A DNA stretch of 49,748 bases, counting the filler, from Catajapyx aquilonaris (taxonomy: Eukaryota): the NCBI GenBank assembly GCA_000934665.2. It is 2 parts of 2 records of this genome, joined end to end, with 100 filler letters (N's around TTAATTAATTAA, not from the genome) between each part and the next. Parts side by side here need not be neighbours in the genome. Positions count along the whole stretch, not along the records: positions 1 to 24,829 come from JYFJ02005453.1; positions 24,930 to 49,748 come from KZ539354.1. One strand, written 5' to 3'. The notes under the pieces are model-generated. The model was not told the DNA's origin and ran no database searches. It worked only from the letters and a program-made list of their open reading frames with translations. Numbering within the stretch: position 1 is the stretch's first letter; the number at the start of each line of letters is the position of its first letter. Below, one piece after another: positions 13,290 to 25,010 of the stretch. Made by a program: the position numbers and the translations under genes.

Positions 13290-13830
13290 CCGGTCGTCTG
13301 GTACCCCTGAGTGGTCTGGGCCAATCAAGCCTGACCTGTCAGTATGGCCGTCATCTGGTTATCTCTGCCGTCGACCAATCAGCGTATGGACATCACCTGG
13401 CACCTCTGACGCGGGCCAATCAGACCTGCCACGCAAGTGGGGGCCATCTGGTACTCCCCTGACTGGTGCGAGCCAATCAGGACCGACCAGTCATCTGGCA
13501 CCTCTAGCGTGGACCAATGCCTGACCCGGGTGTCAGATGGTAACACTTCAATGTGATCGGCTGCCACCTGGTACCCTGCTGGTTCCTGATTGGCTCTCTG
13601 ACGTGTGAAGTCGCTATTGGCTGCCAGGTGTCTGCCTGTTCAATGATTGGCCCGAGACATCCCGTCCCTATTAGAGAGCCTCGAGTGAGATGGTCGCCAA
13701 CTTGTGACGTCACGTCGTCTCTGATTGGCTGGAGTAATTATGGACCGTTTGCGGTTCCAATGGAGGTCGCCATCTTGGGTTATATGGAAAAAGTGGCCGG
13801 CTCTGACGTCACGGACGACTTATTGGCTGG
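13290..13830. promoter_or_regulatory. Array of CCAAT boxes paired with CA(T/C)CTG E-boxes (candidate intronic enhancer or degenerate repeat)
   Basis: CCAAT at 13321, 13375, 13416, 13473, 13514; ATTGG at 13589, 13616, 13646, 13724, 13822; CATCTGG/CACCTGG at 13352, 13394, 13445, 13492, 13565. Confidence 0.4.
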
Positions 13831-14959
13831 CGTAGTATAGGAAGGCCATCCTAACTTGTCATTGACGTCACCGTTTTGTTGCCCATGCAGCAATGGAAGT
13901 AAACAATATTCTTTTTGTTGACATGTTTACTCATATTGTTGTGTGGAAACTGACAATGACGTCAATGGCAAGTTAGGGTGGCTTGCGTATGCAGGCCTTC
14001 GGGCTCCAGCCAGTCGGAGTCGACCGTGACGTCAGAGCCGGCCACTTTTTCCATAGAAACGCAACGCGTAAAAAGTCCATAAATACTCCAGACAATCGGA
14101 GTCGACTTGAGGTCAAAAGTTGGCGACTCTCTTCCCTCCCTATTGGCCGGTCATCTGGTACCCTGGAATGATTGGCCAATCCGCCGATTGGTCCATCTGG
14201 CAACCCTGACATATCGAATCCCGATTGGTCCGGAACCGGATTTATATCCGGTCGCTTAATCCGGATTTATTTCGAGGATTTTTAGCGTGCAATTTTCTCC
14301 CAAGATTGGTTTGTTGTCTTGTCCCTCTTTTAAACGCTCGTTTATCACGCTGCTAAAAAAAAGCGAGGACAAAAAGGCGCGAGTCCGATCCCTCGTTAAT
14401 TCCTTGGACTTTTGCGCGCGATTTCTTTTTTGCAGTCGCCGGGAAAAAATAGTAGCGTTCTTTTTAGCTCCATTTGGACCAACTCTTCTGGCCAATTGCA
14501 GCTTGACGTACGACAATTTTTTATTCCGGTTGCTTGTTGGATCCGGATTGTTGATCCGGAAAGGGACTCACCTTGGCGTGTATTTTTACCTTTGCTCGCA
14601 CACACAAAAAAAAGCGGGCTTAAGAAAAAGAAGCGAGGAACAAAAAAAAAAGCTTCTTTGTACTTCCTTCCTTCCGCTCCTTTGTTCTGCTCCTGGTCTG
14701 AACCCTTAGACGCTTTTTTTTTTTGCTGCAGGGTTGCCAGGCTGGCATTGTTACAGCCCCCCCATTGTTGCCTGCATCCGAAAACAAACAGGGTCATAAA
14801 CAGCCATAAAGCCTGGAAGTAAATATGGTCATATACATGTGGGTTGTGTATAGTTATCACTAATATTGGCCGAAGTACTTGCAGCTATTTTTCTGTAGCC
14901 CGATCCAGGTGCCCTATTACTCCCAGGCGCAATACCAAGTGTATTAGTTATATTCGTTA

Positions 14960-15865
14960 TATAAGAAATTTCACTGTTATTTTGTAGCTGGTTGCTCCCC
15001 GATCCGCGTGCCCTATTCTACCTTCCACCTGGGGGACAACTAGCTACACAGATAACTACTCCAGTCGATTTTAGCGATAACTAAAAATGACCCACGAACT
15101 TGGAACACCCTGTATAGCAGTTTCTAAGGGGGCACCTGATTAGGGCGCAACAAGGGACAGAAAATAAAAGTTTCGAGCGAAAGAATAATTAAAAGTACCA
15201 GTTGACTCCGGATATGACAGCCTTGGCTATAACAGACTCGAAAGGCCGGTCCCGGCAAACTTCCATAAGGCCCCGTGTATTTTTTTACTCCTGATGTAAC
15301 ACATTTTCAGCCACCTCGGCTATAACAGACCAGTTCTTTTTGGCCCTCTCGGCGGGAAAATATGCGGGTTTTGATGATTTTATTTCCTACGCGAGGAAAC
15401 CACTGCATGCTGGAGAGGGGGTGATTTTCCCGTCTGTCACTGATGCCGAAAGGGTCAAAATCATTCTTTTTGTGATATATTTGGCAATCAGGAGACGGCA
15501 GAATAATTTACGGGTGAGCTAATTGTGAATTTTTGTGGATAGATTCATTAATCAGTATGCAGTAGTGTGCATTATAAGCATCAGTATTAGTTGACAAAAA
15601 TGGCGATTTGACTGGAACAGACTTTTCCCTTGAAGTCTGTTATATTCGGATTCAACTGTATAAGAAATTTCACTACCTTTTTTATTGTAGCTCGTTGCTA
15701 TCCCGGTAACTGCTATATTTGACCACCTGGGAGTTGTATAGGGGCACATGGCTCGGGTCACAACTAGCTACACTACAGTCACGAACTTGTAACACCCTGT
15801 AGAGCAGTTTCTATGGGTCACCTGATTACGGCATAACAAGCGATAAAAGATGACAGTTTCGAGCT
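14960..15865. repeat. Two dispersed copies (~14960-15180 and ~15660-15865) of a CACCCTG-TA-ended repeat; a related copy lies near 35820-36370
   Basis: Shared ATAAGAAATTTCACT...TTGTAGCT...ACAACTAGCTACAC...CACGAACTTG.AACACCCTGTA.AGCAGTTTCTA...CACCTGATTA...AGTTTCGAGC. Confidence 0.65.
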
Positions 15866-16741
15866 AACTAATATAGTTGGAACACCCATAATGGTCAGCA
15901 TTGTTGTGCATCCTTGGGAGTATACACAGTGTGTCGTGACAGGGTAAGCTCTCAAGGTTCTCAAGGTCGTGCAGGTGGAGTGTGACGTCACAGATTGCCC
16001 TACCTGCATGTATTACCTGGCGTGAGATGCACTGGATAAAAAAACAAAACGTCGGGAACAAAGTGAAGGTGACTGGCCTGGGATTGGTTCTAAATTGCGG
16101 TTTTTTCTCACTGCGCGCGCAAATATTTGTGACATACGCAGTCAAAGGAGGCCCCCTCCTTTTGTATGATCAGCACGAAAGCGGTGGCCTAAATTATTTT
16201 GCTGGCTAAGCCTAATTAACGCTCAAATCCTCTAATTAGCCAGGTGGATGAGGCCCTCGGGATGCTGCGGTATCAGCCTAGATTGGCAACCCTGCTCGGG
16301 GGGGCGGTGCTTTGTATCCAAATAGTTGGCGACCCTGCTGTAGCCACGCCTACCAGATGGGGTACATTCGGGTGCCTGTCATTGCCAGTCCGTTTTAGGG
16401 GCACCTCGAGTCGGCCTTTGCGGGGACGTGTCCAGATCCTTAAGCAGTCCAGTGTCCGCTAATTAAATGGGACAGCTGCGCTAGCAGGAAGCGGAATGGA
16501 GATTTTCCAGCAGGCAGGGGGGGGGGGGGCNGGGGGGGGGCTCGCATTTTCACGCCCGATTTGTACTCGGTACGTGCCCGGACTTCGAGTACACGGGAGC
16601 AGGAAAAGCAGTGCTCGTTTGTGCATATGGGGAAGCAAGGTTGCCAAATGGATCCAAAATGGCAACCAGGAAAAACGTACATAACCTTCAAGGGCTGTAA
16701 TTGTGTTTTTAAAAACCCGGTAGCCTCATTTGTACGGTCAT

Positions 16742-16925
16742 TTTAGACGTTTTCGCATCGATAAAAGGAGATATAGAACGGCTCTGTCCGTCCGTCTGTC
16801 TGTGGACATGTAACAGGGCCTAAACCGTAAGAGATAGCGACAAACGGTTTTCAGATTCCGATGAAGGGTGGCTAAATTGGTTTTCATGGTCAACTTCGGT
16901 GATCTGCCACTTCCGGTTTTCCGGG
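16742..16925 (+). mobile_element. DINE-1/HINE-like (Helentron-associated) non-autonomous element, 5' part
   Basis: T-rich start followed by a CTGTCCGTCCGTCTGTCTGT microsatellite and an AAACCGTAAGAGATAG block, the architecture typical of DINE-1-like elements. Confidence 0.5.
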
Positions 16926-19599
16926 TTCACTCTACGCACAAGTCTACTTTACCAGCGGGTTGTCGTTCGGTTTCGAAAGTAGTTTTCCTGGGTTACTGAC
17001 CAAGTGTGTCGGGGATTTACCCAGGGTTTTACCTGGCGCTCTGGCACAGGGGCTGTGGAATTAATTCATGACGTTGGACATGCGATACAAGTCCTCGGCC
17101 GCCATGATGTTATCGCCCAGGCCAATAGGTTACGATATATCGGTATCGATATATCGATCCACATGCCTATACTAGAAAGAATGAGAAAATTCTCATCGAG
17201 TATGATTTGCCGATCTTGTTTTTTTTGTTCCACAAGCAGTGATTGGCTGGTGGATATTTGCAGTTGGGAGTTTAGCAAATTGGCGTACCTTCCACAGGAA
17301 AAAAAAAGTTGAGGACACAACAAACACCCTCCTAGCCGACAGGCCTTTGTTCAACAAGGCGTTTGTTTGGCTGACTACGTGCCTTGTTTGACCAACCGGC
17401 TCGACGAAAGTTCTGAAACTTTGCGAGGCCCAAACTTCTTCGGAAAAAGTCTTGACAAAAATTGGGCGACACTTTTATTAAGAGCCAAGATGGCTGCCCC
17501 CAGTCGCGGCCATCTTGCGAGTATAATCCAAGATGGCGGTTAATATACGAATTAATTGACTAAAAATGGCGCGTTCAATTTCCGACTTCCGGTCGTGTGT
17601 TCATTTCCGGTTGAATTCCCCCCGTCGGCAAGGAGCAAGGGGTTGGAAATAGCGGGGAACTCCCTGGCGACCGGAAGTTAGATATTCCGGCTGCCAATTG
17701 GGTAAAACGCGGGAAGTTTCACGAAATTTGGCTCGCAATTTTGTTTTTGGCAAAAGGTTTCGTCGCTAAACTGAATTTCCTGGCCGCTCCCTCCACCAGG
17801 CGGCGCCATGTTAGGTGGAAAGCTTGAGCGAGAATATCCGGCCTGGAAAAATTTCGCGCTCGAAAACGAGCGAGACTGATTTTTATAGCCTTGTCATAGC
17901 CGTGGATAATTTGTTGACAACTCTTTGAAAATGGCAACGCCGCCTGGCAGTGTTGCCACTTTAGGCAATCCTGTTAGTATTGCATGTACGAGTTTAAAAC
18001 CCGGGAGCCCCCGACTTTGCATAATTGAGTTAGTGCGGCAATCGAAAGTTGGCAATTTTCGACGCTCCAGAAAGTTTTTGCGAATTTTCAAACGGCTGGC
18101 TCCCGTGGTCCGTGACGTCACACCTTGAGGTTAACACGCCTAACACGGAATTCGCAAAACGGGCAAGGGTAAAAAAAAAGTTTGTTTACTGGCTGAGATC
18201 CAGAATCCTTGAACTGGGCTCCGATAATTAACATTATCCAATTCGTTGGAACTTCTAAAGAGGGCGGGGTCTGACCAAAAAAAAATGGGCGGGTCAATCA
18301 AACAGCTAAATCCAATTATCGGAGCGGGAAATAGGAAGGAGTTAGCCAACCGTATTTTTTGTAATCGTTTTGAAATGGGTTGGCAACACTGATTCGGAAT
18401 TGGCTAATTATTTTTCAATACATTGTGACCTCGGGGATCGAATCCCACCCCCGACGTGTCAACTCATCCGTTTATGTCGGACCTCCGCCCCTTTTTTGGA
18501 CAATGGTCAGTAGCTGATGGCGCTAGTGTTATCCGTAAAAATTTTAAAGTTAAAAAAAAATCTTTCCTTACGTGATTGCCTTGCAGATGGGCGGAGCTTA
18601 GCTGACTCCCTCCCTTTAGCTAGCGAATCAATACCACTCAACCTTAATTCGCGGACTGACATAGAATTTTAACTGGAGACTGGTACGGTTTGACACTATC
18701 TGGCAACACTGCGGGGCAGTTAGCAAAATTGACGCCATGTTGGGTCCGAATTGCGTGTTCATAGGCTGTTGGCACCGGGGGCGCCATTTTGGATCCGAAT
18801 TGCAAGCGGTTGGCAACAGTGAGACGGTGGATGCCGCCATTTTTGATCCTAAAAGCTGCGTTTCTGGCAACAGTGACTCACTAGGCGCCGCCATGTTGAA
18901 TCCCGGATCTGGAACCTTGCCACAGAGTGTATCGATGGAGGCGATTTTTCCCGGTATCCAGCGTGTGCATCTGCGCAGTGGAGCGTGTTGTTTGGCAAGC
19001 CCTCGCAGCGGGACAAAAACCCGCGTCGCCGTTGGGTGGATAATCTTATCGGAGCGACATACAAGGCTTCGGCCTTCCCCATTGAAGAGGGTCAACACGG
19101 GCTAGTGTGCACTACAGTAGTAATCAGCCCATGCTGATTAGCTCAATGACCTTCTGCTCCATTAATTCCTCGATCAGTCGGCAGGAGGTCAAGTCACCAG
19201 ACACTTGATTTAACCTAGTTCGTAGTACTTTTGCGAGCGAATGTGACGTCAGACCGTTGCGTGACGGTGAGTGACTAGGATCGGTTTTTAGGCCTGATAA
19301 CTTATCGGGGCGAGTAACGGTCTTTTGTTGTTTGGAGGTAGATATTGTTGACAATAGGTTAATTGCAATGTGCGACTTGCTTGAAAAATATTGGTAGCAC
19401 TTACTCAATAGCCTTCGCACTTGATATGATACTAGAAACCTGCTTATCAGCCAATGAGGAGCTTTATACGGACCAACGTTACCTCTCTTGCAAGGTAACA
19501 CTGCTCCGGAAAAAGCTCATTGGCTGATAAGAGGGCTCTAGTATCATGTCAAGTACTAAGTCTTTTATTAAGTGTTTCCTAGAGTGTCCGTAGATACTA

Positions 19600-20330
19600 T
19601 TTGTGCAGTAAAGTTCGCGAGAAGGCGAGAACGAGAAGCAAATGTCTGGCTTCTCACTCACGCGTAAGTCTCGTTCTCAGTCACGCTTTTATTTAGAAAG
19701 TCGCCAATTTGCTCTAAAAATTCAGTTCTCGCGAGCTTGCAAGCACACCACTGTTTAGAGCGATTTCGAGACTGTGGCTTGAGCCAGTTTAGTGACCAAT
19801 GGGGGTTCGAGAATTGGTTTATAGCTCGCACACCAGATTCTCATGAGTTTGTAAACACACGTAGCGAGAGTGTGAGTGCACCTCATTGGTTGTTGCATCC
19901 ACTGACGACTTCACAGACCAAATAGGATTCGAGATTATATTCGTTTCTTCCTCACGCTTTCGCCGAGACAGTTTCTAGCGAGCTTGCTCACAAGCTCTTG
20001 AGAATCTGTAGCGTGCGCGAGAGGCCTATTCTCGAACCCCATTGGTCCGTGAACTTCTCGCTCATGCTGAAAAGTGTCGAATTAGCTCGAAAGGTTTTCC
20101 AAGCTCGCGAGAACGAGTTTTTTCAAGTGAATATGAAACTGTTTTTTAAAGCGTGAGCGAGAAGTCTATCATCACATCTCAAGGTGTATGTTCCCAAGTG
20201 GCAAGCTGGAGAGAATGAGTTTAGGAGCGAATTAGACTAAGATGCTTTTTAAGCGGGAGCGAGAAGTTGACGACCCAATAGGGTTCGAGAATTTATTTTG
20301 TGTTTTCGCTCACGCTTTTGCCACATGATT
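19600..20330. repeat. AGCGAG/CTCGC-rich repeat with internal inverted segments, similar in motif content to 3190-3970 and 5575-6350
   Basis: CCAATGGGGGTTCGAGAAT (~19796), inverted ATTCTCGAACCCCATTGG (~20028) and CCAATAGGGTTCGAGAAT (~20275); repeated TTCTCGCTCACGCT and AGCGTGAGCGAGAA motifs. Confidence 0.55.
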
Positions 20331-20705
20331 GGGAACATGTCTGAATTACTTTTTGTTTAAATTGTTAAAATGTTTCTTAAACGAACAAATGAAGAACTCA
20401 CACTCTAAAAATATAATCATACTACTAATTCCCTTATTCTGTCTGTCTGCTTATATGTCCTTGTTGACTCATCGTGTGGGTAATACTTGTAGTTACCATA
20501 GTTTTCACTTTTCCCGTTCAACAATGAGAGGACATATAGCGGTCGGAGAGGGTGTCCACTTCAACAGAGGCGAGACTTGCTGGTTATAGCACCCTGGTGG
20601 GCTTTGTCCTCGCGGTGTCTCATCATCAACTTGCATGTAGTACTACTTTTCCTCTAGACACGGCAGCAGTGTGCAGAGGGAGAGCTTATGCGCCAACTGG
20701 CAGGC

Positions 20706-20980
20706 GATGGACATTAATTCCGTCATACTGCTAGCGACATTTTCCGATGCGACAGACGTGCAAATCGAGGTGGTAGAGTGCGAACCGTGCGAGGAAGGAA
20801 TGGTAGCCCTTGGGTGACGTCACTGGCTGGAGACAAGCCTTTTCTCTATTGGCCCCCAGCCGGTAACGTCACTCAAGGCCTACCTCGTCTTACTCGCACG
20901 GCTCTCACCCTATCACTTCGATTTGCACGTCTGTCGCATCGGAAAATGTCGCTAGCCGTATGACTCGATTAATGTCCAAC
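20706..20980. mobile_element. Near-perfect 275-bp palindromic MITE
   Basis: GGACATTAAT..GTCATAC.GCTAGCGACATTTTCCGATGCGACAGACGTGCAAATCGA is mirrored by TCGATTTGCACGTCTGTCGCATCGGAAAATGTCGCTAGC.GTATGAC..ATTAATGTCC. Confidence 0.8.
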
Positions 20981-21992
20981 ACTACTACTTCCGGGGGGCG
21001 CCATCAGTGTTGCCAAGTAGACTTCAATGGACGAGGGAAATCAGTCTTCTATGGTGACGTACTAATGCCTTGGATTCGCTCTTATGCCGCCACACCTCGT
21101 GGCGTCCCCAGTATGCACAAATTCGCGTTAAATTTGTGCCTTTGAGCTGCGGCCTCGCAGATCCTGCGCATGCGTCTACTAACAATGAGAATCGTCCGTC
21201 ATCAGGGCTGAAACTATTGTTGAGATTTCGGCTTGCCATTGACCATACCGAGGTTATTTTATGCAGTAGGCCAGCTTTTTATTGCAGAGCGAGCGATTTT
21301 TTTTTTTGGAACAATGTCCGTCCGTCAGCTTATAAAATCCTGACCACCGTTGCCAGGAGCCTCTCTTTGTTTGTCTATTCCATCTGGTAACACTGGGGGC
21401 CGCAGAATCACTGGAATCTCGTTCGAGCAAATGTTAGGCCGAAATGGAATTTTCAATTTTGGCCAGGATTGAGAGAGAGGAATGGGAGGGAGGGGAGGGA
21501 AGGGGGGAGGGGGATGGAGCGAGCGATTTTCCGGGAGAACGATTGACTCTAATCCGATCCACCAAATCCGGGCTGAGGCCACTTCTGCTCATGACAAGCC
21601 CCATCATCAGCAGAGGAGTTTTTGGGCCCAACCCCCGAAAAAATTGTTAGGAAACATTGTTGGACCACACAGAACAGAAAAATTGTCATGTGTCAACACT
21701 ATGGTGGCAAAATTAGTGTTTGGCATTGTTGGGGCGTAATTGTTGCTTGTTTGGCATGTTGGACAGCCTGGCAACTCTGACGATGTCGGTTGTTGACGCA
21801 ATCGATACTTCCAGTACTTGATATCTGAAGTACTCGGACCCCAGGAGCGGTACACTTCGAATTCGTAAGTTGCAGGTACTCGAAAGTAGTAGGGTAGTTT
21901 CAGCTTGCGATACTTGTTCGTAATTGATACTTGTACAAGTGATACTTGTAGTTGTGGACAGTACCGGCAGGCTGTTGTAGTGGAGTAGTAGC

Positions 21993-22273
21993 GGAAATGA
22001 GTAAGGCAGCAGACCTGAAGCTCAAATTAAGGCCTGTTGACGCCCTCACGATTTGAGCCTCGGTCGTACGACCAGACGCTTTCCGGCCGACAAAAACGGG
22101 CTCCCCTATAGGTCCGGTCCGGTTTTTGTCGATCGCAAAGCGTCTGGTCGTGCGACCGAGGCCCACATCGTGAGAGCGTCAACACGCCTTCAGCCTCCAA
22201 GAGAGGCGATCCGACGACTCGTGGGCTGTTGCAGGCTAATTTGAGCTTCAGGTCTGCTACCTTACTCATTTCC
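21993..22273. mobile_element. Palindromic MITE (~280 bp)
   Basis: GGAAATGAGTAAGGCAGCAGACCTGAAGCTCAAATTA ... TAATTTGAGCTTCAGGTCTGCTACCTTACTCATTTCC, with an inner inverted pair CCTCGGTCG..CGACCAGACGCTTT / AAAGCGTCTGGTCG..CGACCGAGG. Confidence 0.8.
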
Positions 22274-24829
22274 CCGACTGGATGCCCAAGTTTGTCGGTT
22301 AGCATCGAATGTCTGTACTTTTCTGCTCCATTATCTGGCTCATTATGAATCTTCAGGACAGATGAGCCAGAAAGCCAGGATTGTCTGCTTTTAAGATTGC
22401 ACGATTGGGCTACCTCCATGTTTTTTTTCGGGATATGTCTGGGCTTACATTGTACCCACCCAGTGTCCCCAACCCATTATTTAGTGGACGTCCATAAAAA
22501 AATAATACCGGGTTCGGCCATTGGGTTAAACGGGGTGGAATGGTATCGAGCTGACCCTATCCGGACTCTGCCTTCCCCCTAGTATTTTTTTTTTGGACAT
22601 CTCCCCCCCACCCCCAATGGAGCCATTGGAACCAATCGATGGCATTTCGATACATGGAGAGGAAGTTGTGAAAGGGTACCGGATGACTATGGGAGTGTCT
22701 AGGGGACTGTAAACCGGTGTGTAAAACCAAGTCCTTTACAAGGATAGGGGGTGGGGAAATGGAATGGGGCGAGTTCCCTCCGAAATTTCATTAGAGAGGA
22801 GGGATGGGCGCTTAAGACCTGGGGAGAGGGTATAACGATGAAGCCATCTGTCAACGGCGCACTACTATTATGACAATTAATGGGTGTTCGCCTACGGTTA
22901 CGTTCAGGCGGTGACGGGACGAAGCGGTGTTGCCATGTCGGAGCCGGATTCGTATTCAGAAACCAAAAGTCTGGTCCTTGGAAGGACAGGAATGACCTGG
23001 GGTATCATCTGTATGGCATTTGGGTGACCCCGCCGGTGTGGCCCGTCGCTATCGCCCGATAATGTTAATTGCGACCTGGGCGATTATTGTGGTTTTGCCA
23101 AGGGGCTCACTAGCAGTCCGTAGTTAATTTTTTGTTGATGCAACTGGGTATATGGGTCCTTTCTACCTAGCGATTTTGAGGGAGGCGGCTTTCCCCCCCC
23201 CCCCCCCCCCNCATAGGAATCTGATTGGCTCTCCACCGATCACATGGCGGGGACCTGGTTGCGCAGGAGGTTGCGCAATGGTCATTCCGACTGGGGCGGT
23301 AGGTCGAGCAGGGTCTCTCTCGGTCTCTCTTCACATGGGTGCAGAGGGGGTTGGGAGTTCTGCATACCAAAATCATGCTCCCGGTTTTTCCTGCTTTCTG
23401 GGTCACAGGTCATAATAAAATTATAAGGTCACTGCCATTCGAAAGAGATGCCCATTACTATTCCTCTGCTTTTTACTACAATATTTTAAAAGTTTGCTTA
23501 CCTTCGCGCTGAGAGCATAATCCTTTAAAAACGCATAATTCGCCAGTTTTCGGAATTTCTTTTGGCGAAAGTAGTGGAAATCTTGAAAAACTGAAAAGCA
23601 TCGGATAAGCAGGAATGCCTTGTTTGCATAGATCAATTTGTATATTTGACGCAGGTGGCAAACTACGGACGAAAACAGTAAAATACGGAGACATGTTTTC
23701 GGAGACTAAAATCTAGGTAGAAAGGGCTCTTTAAGGCCTGGGTGAATCCAGCGGGGTAGTGACTATGGGTATGAATTAATTCGGGTGTTTATCGTGGAAT
23801 AAGCGAAGAGCATTCATGAGAGGACCCGTATTCAGAAAGGCATCGAGGGCAGGACAATGGTTGATCTAAAGGTCATTTACACAGTTGGAGTTAGCCCCGA
23901 CTTGATAATCTCCAGTCCGGACTAGACGGGCCGCAATTTGGGGGGTAATAACGCCGCCCTGGTGGTAAGTGCGAAGTAACAGTTACTCCGAATTGCATTG
24001 CCAGGTTAGGTGGGCAATATCCAGGAAAACTTGGGCGATTCTGTAGGATTGTGTATATAAAAAAAGAAGGAGTTTGTAGGAGGCTAGGAGGGGGCTTATC
24101 GCGCCATCTACTAGCTGCTAAGTAGTTGAGCGGGGTAAAAAGAAAAAGCGGGGCAAGTTGTTTCGATCGGAGTAAAAGCGTGGGTTGTCCGGTGGTTCGG
24201 ATGAGGCGTTGCGGTGTCGGCGGATACAAACGCTGATTGGATTTCACGGGCGAGAGCGCCATTGGCCCAGTTTTCACAGCGAGCGTCCATCCGGATTTGC
24301 TCCCGCATTAGCGCGAATTTTCCAATTTCATCGCCCAAGCTCCGGAGTTTTGTGTGTCAGACTTGGCAACAGCGCAGCGGGTTGTCAATGGTGTAATCCG
24401 GGTGATCTATGGCTGGGATGGTTTTCATATCATGCCGCTTTGCATCTACAACCATGCAGCCAGGCGTTAGGTGATGGTTGTTAATAGGGTTGGGAGCAGG
24501 CTATTGTTGACTGCTCTTGTGGGGAACACGCGAAAGGACTGCCAATCAGAAGCGATTTGTGTAGTACCGTATTCCTCACATACATGGCGGATCTCTGCAG
24601 TACGGTCCGGACACTTCCTTTGAGTGAAGGGGGGTTGCCGCTTCGGCGCTGGTGTAGTCTACAGGGTAGCCGAGTAACCCGCTGACACTCCTACCCCAGC
24701 CTTATCGAGACCCCCCGTGCAGTGGCGGCCCTAGACTTTGCGGGGCCCTGGGCCATTTACTTAAGCGTGGCCCTAATGTTTTGGAGAGGGGTCGTCAGTG
24801 ACGGTTCCCGGATTTTTTCTAAGGGGGGG

Positions 24830-24929
24830 NNNNNNNNNNNNNNNNNNNNNNNNNNNNNNNNNNNNNNNNNNNNTTAATTAATTAANNNNNNNNNNNNNNN
24901 NNNNNNNNNNNNNNNNNNNNNNNNNNNNN
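24830..24929. other. Artificial contig-joining spacer (44 N + TTAATTAATTAA + 44 N)
   Basis: Exactly 100 bp. The central 12-mer (24874-24885) places stop codons in all six frames, a standard concatenation linker. Confidence 0.95.
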
Positions 24930-25010
24930 CCCCCCCTTCATTAAACTTTCGACATTTCATTTGTTACAAACACATTATAACACATTATTGAAAAGAAAAG
25001 AAAAAAAACG

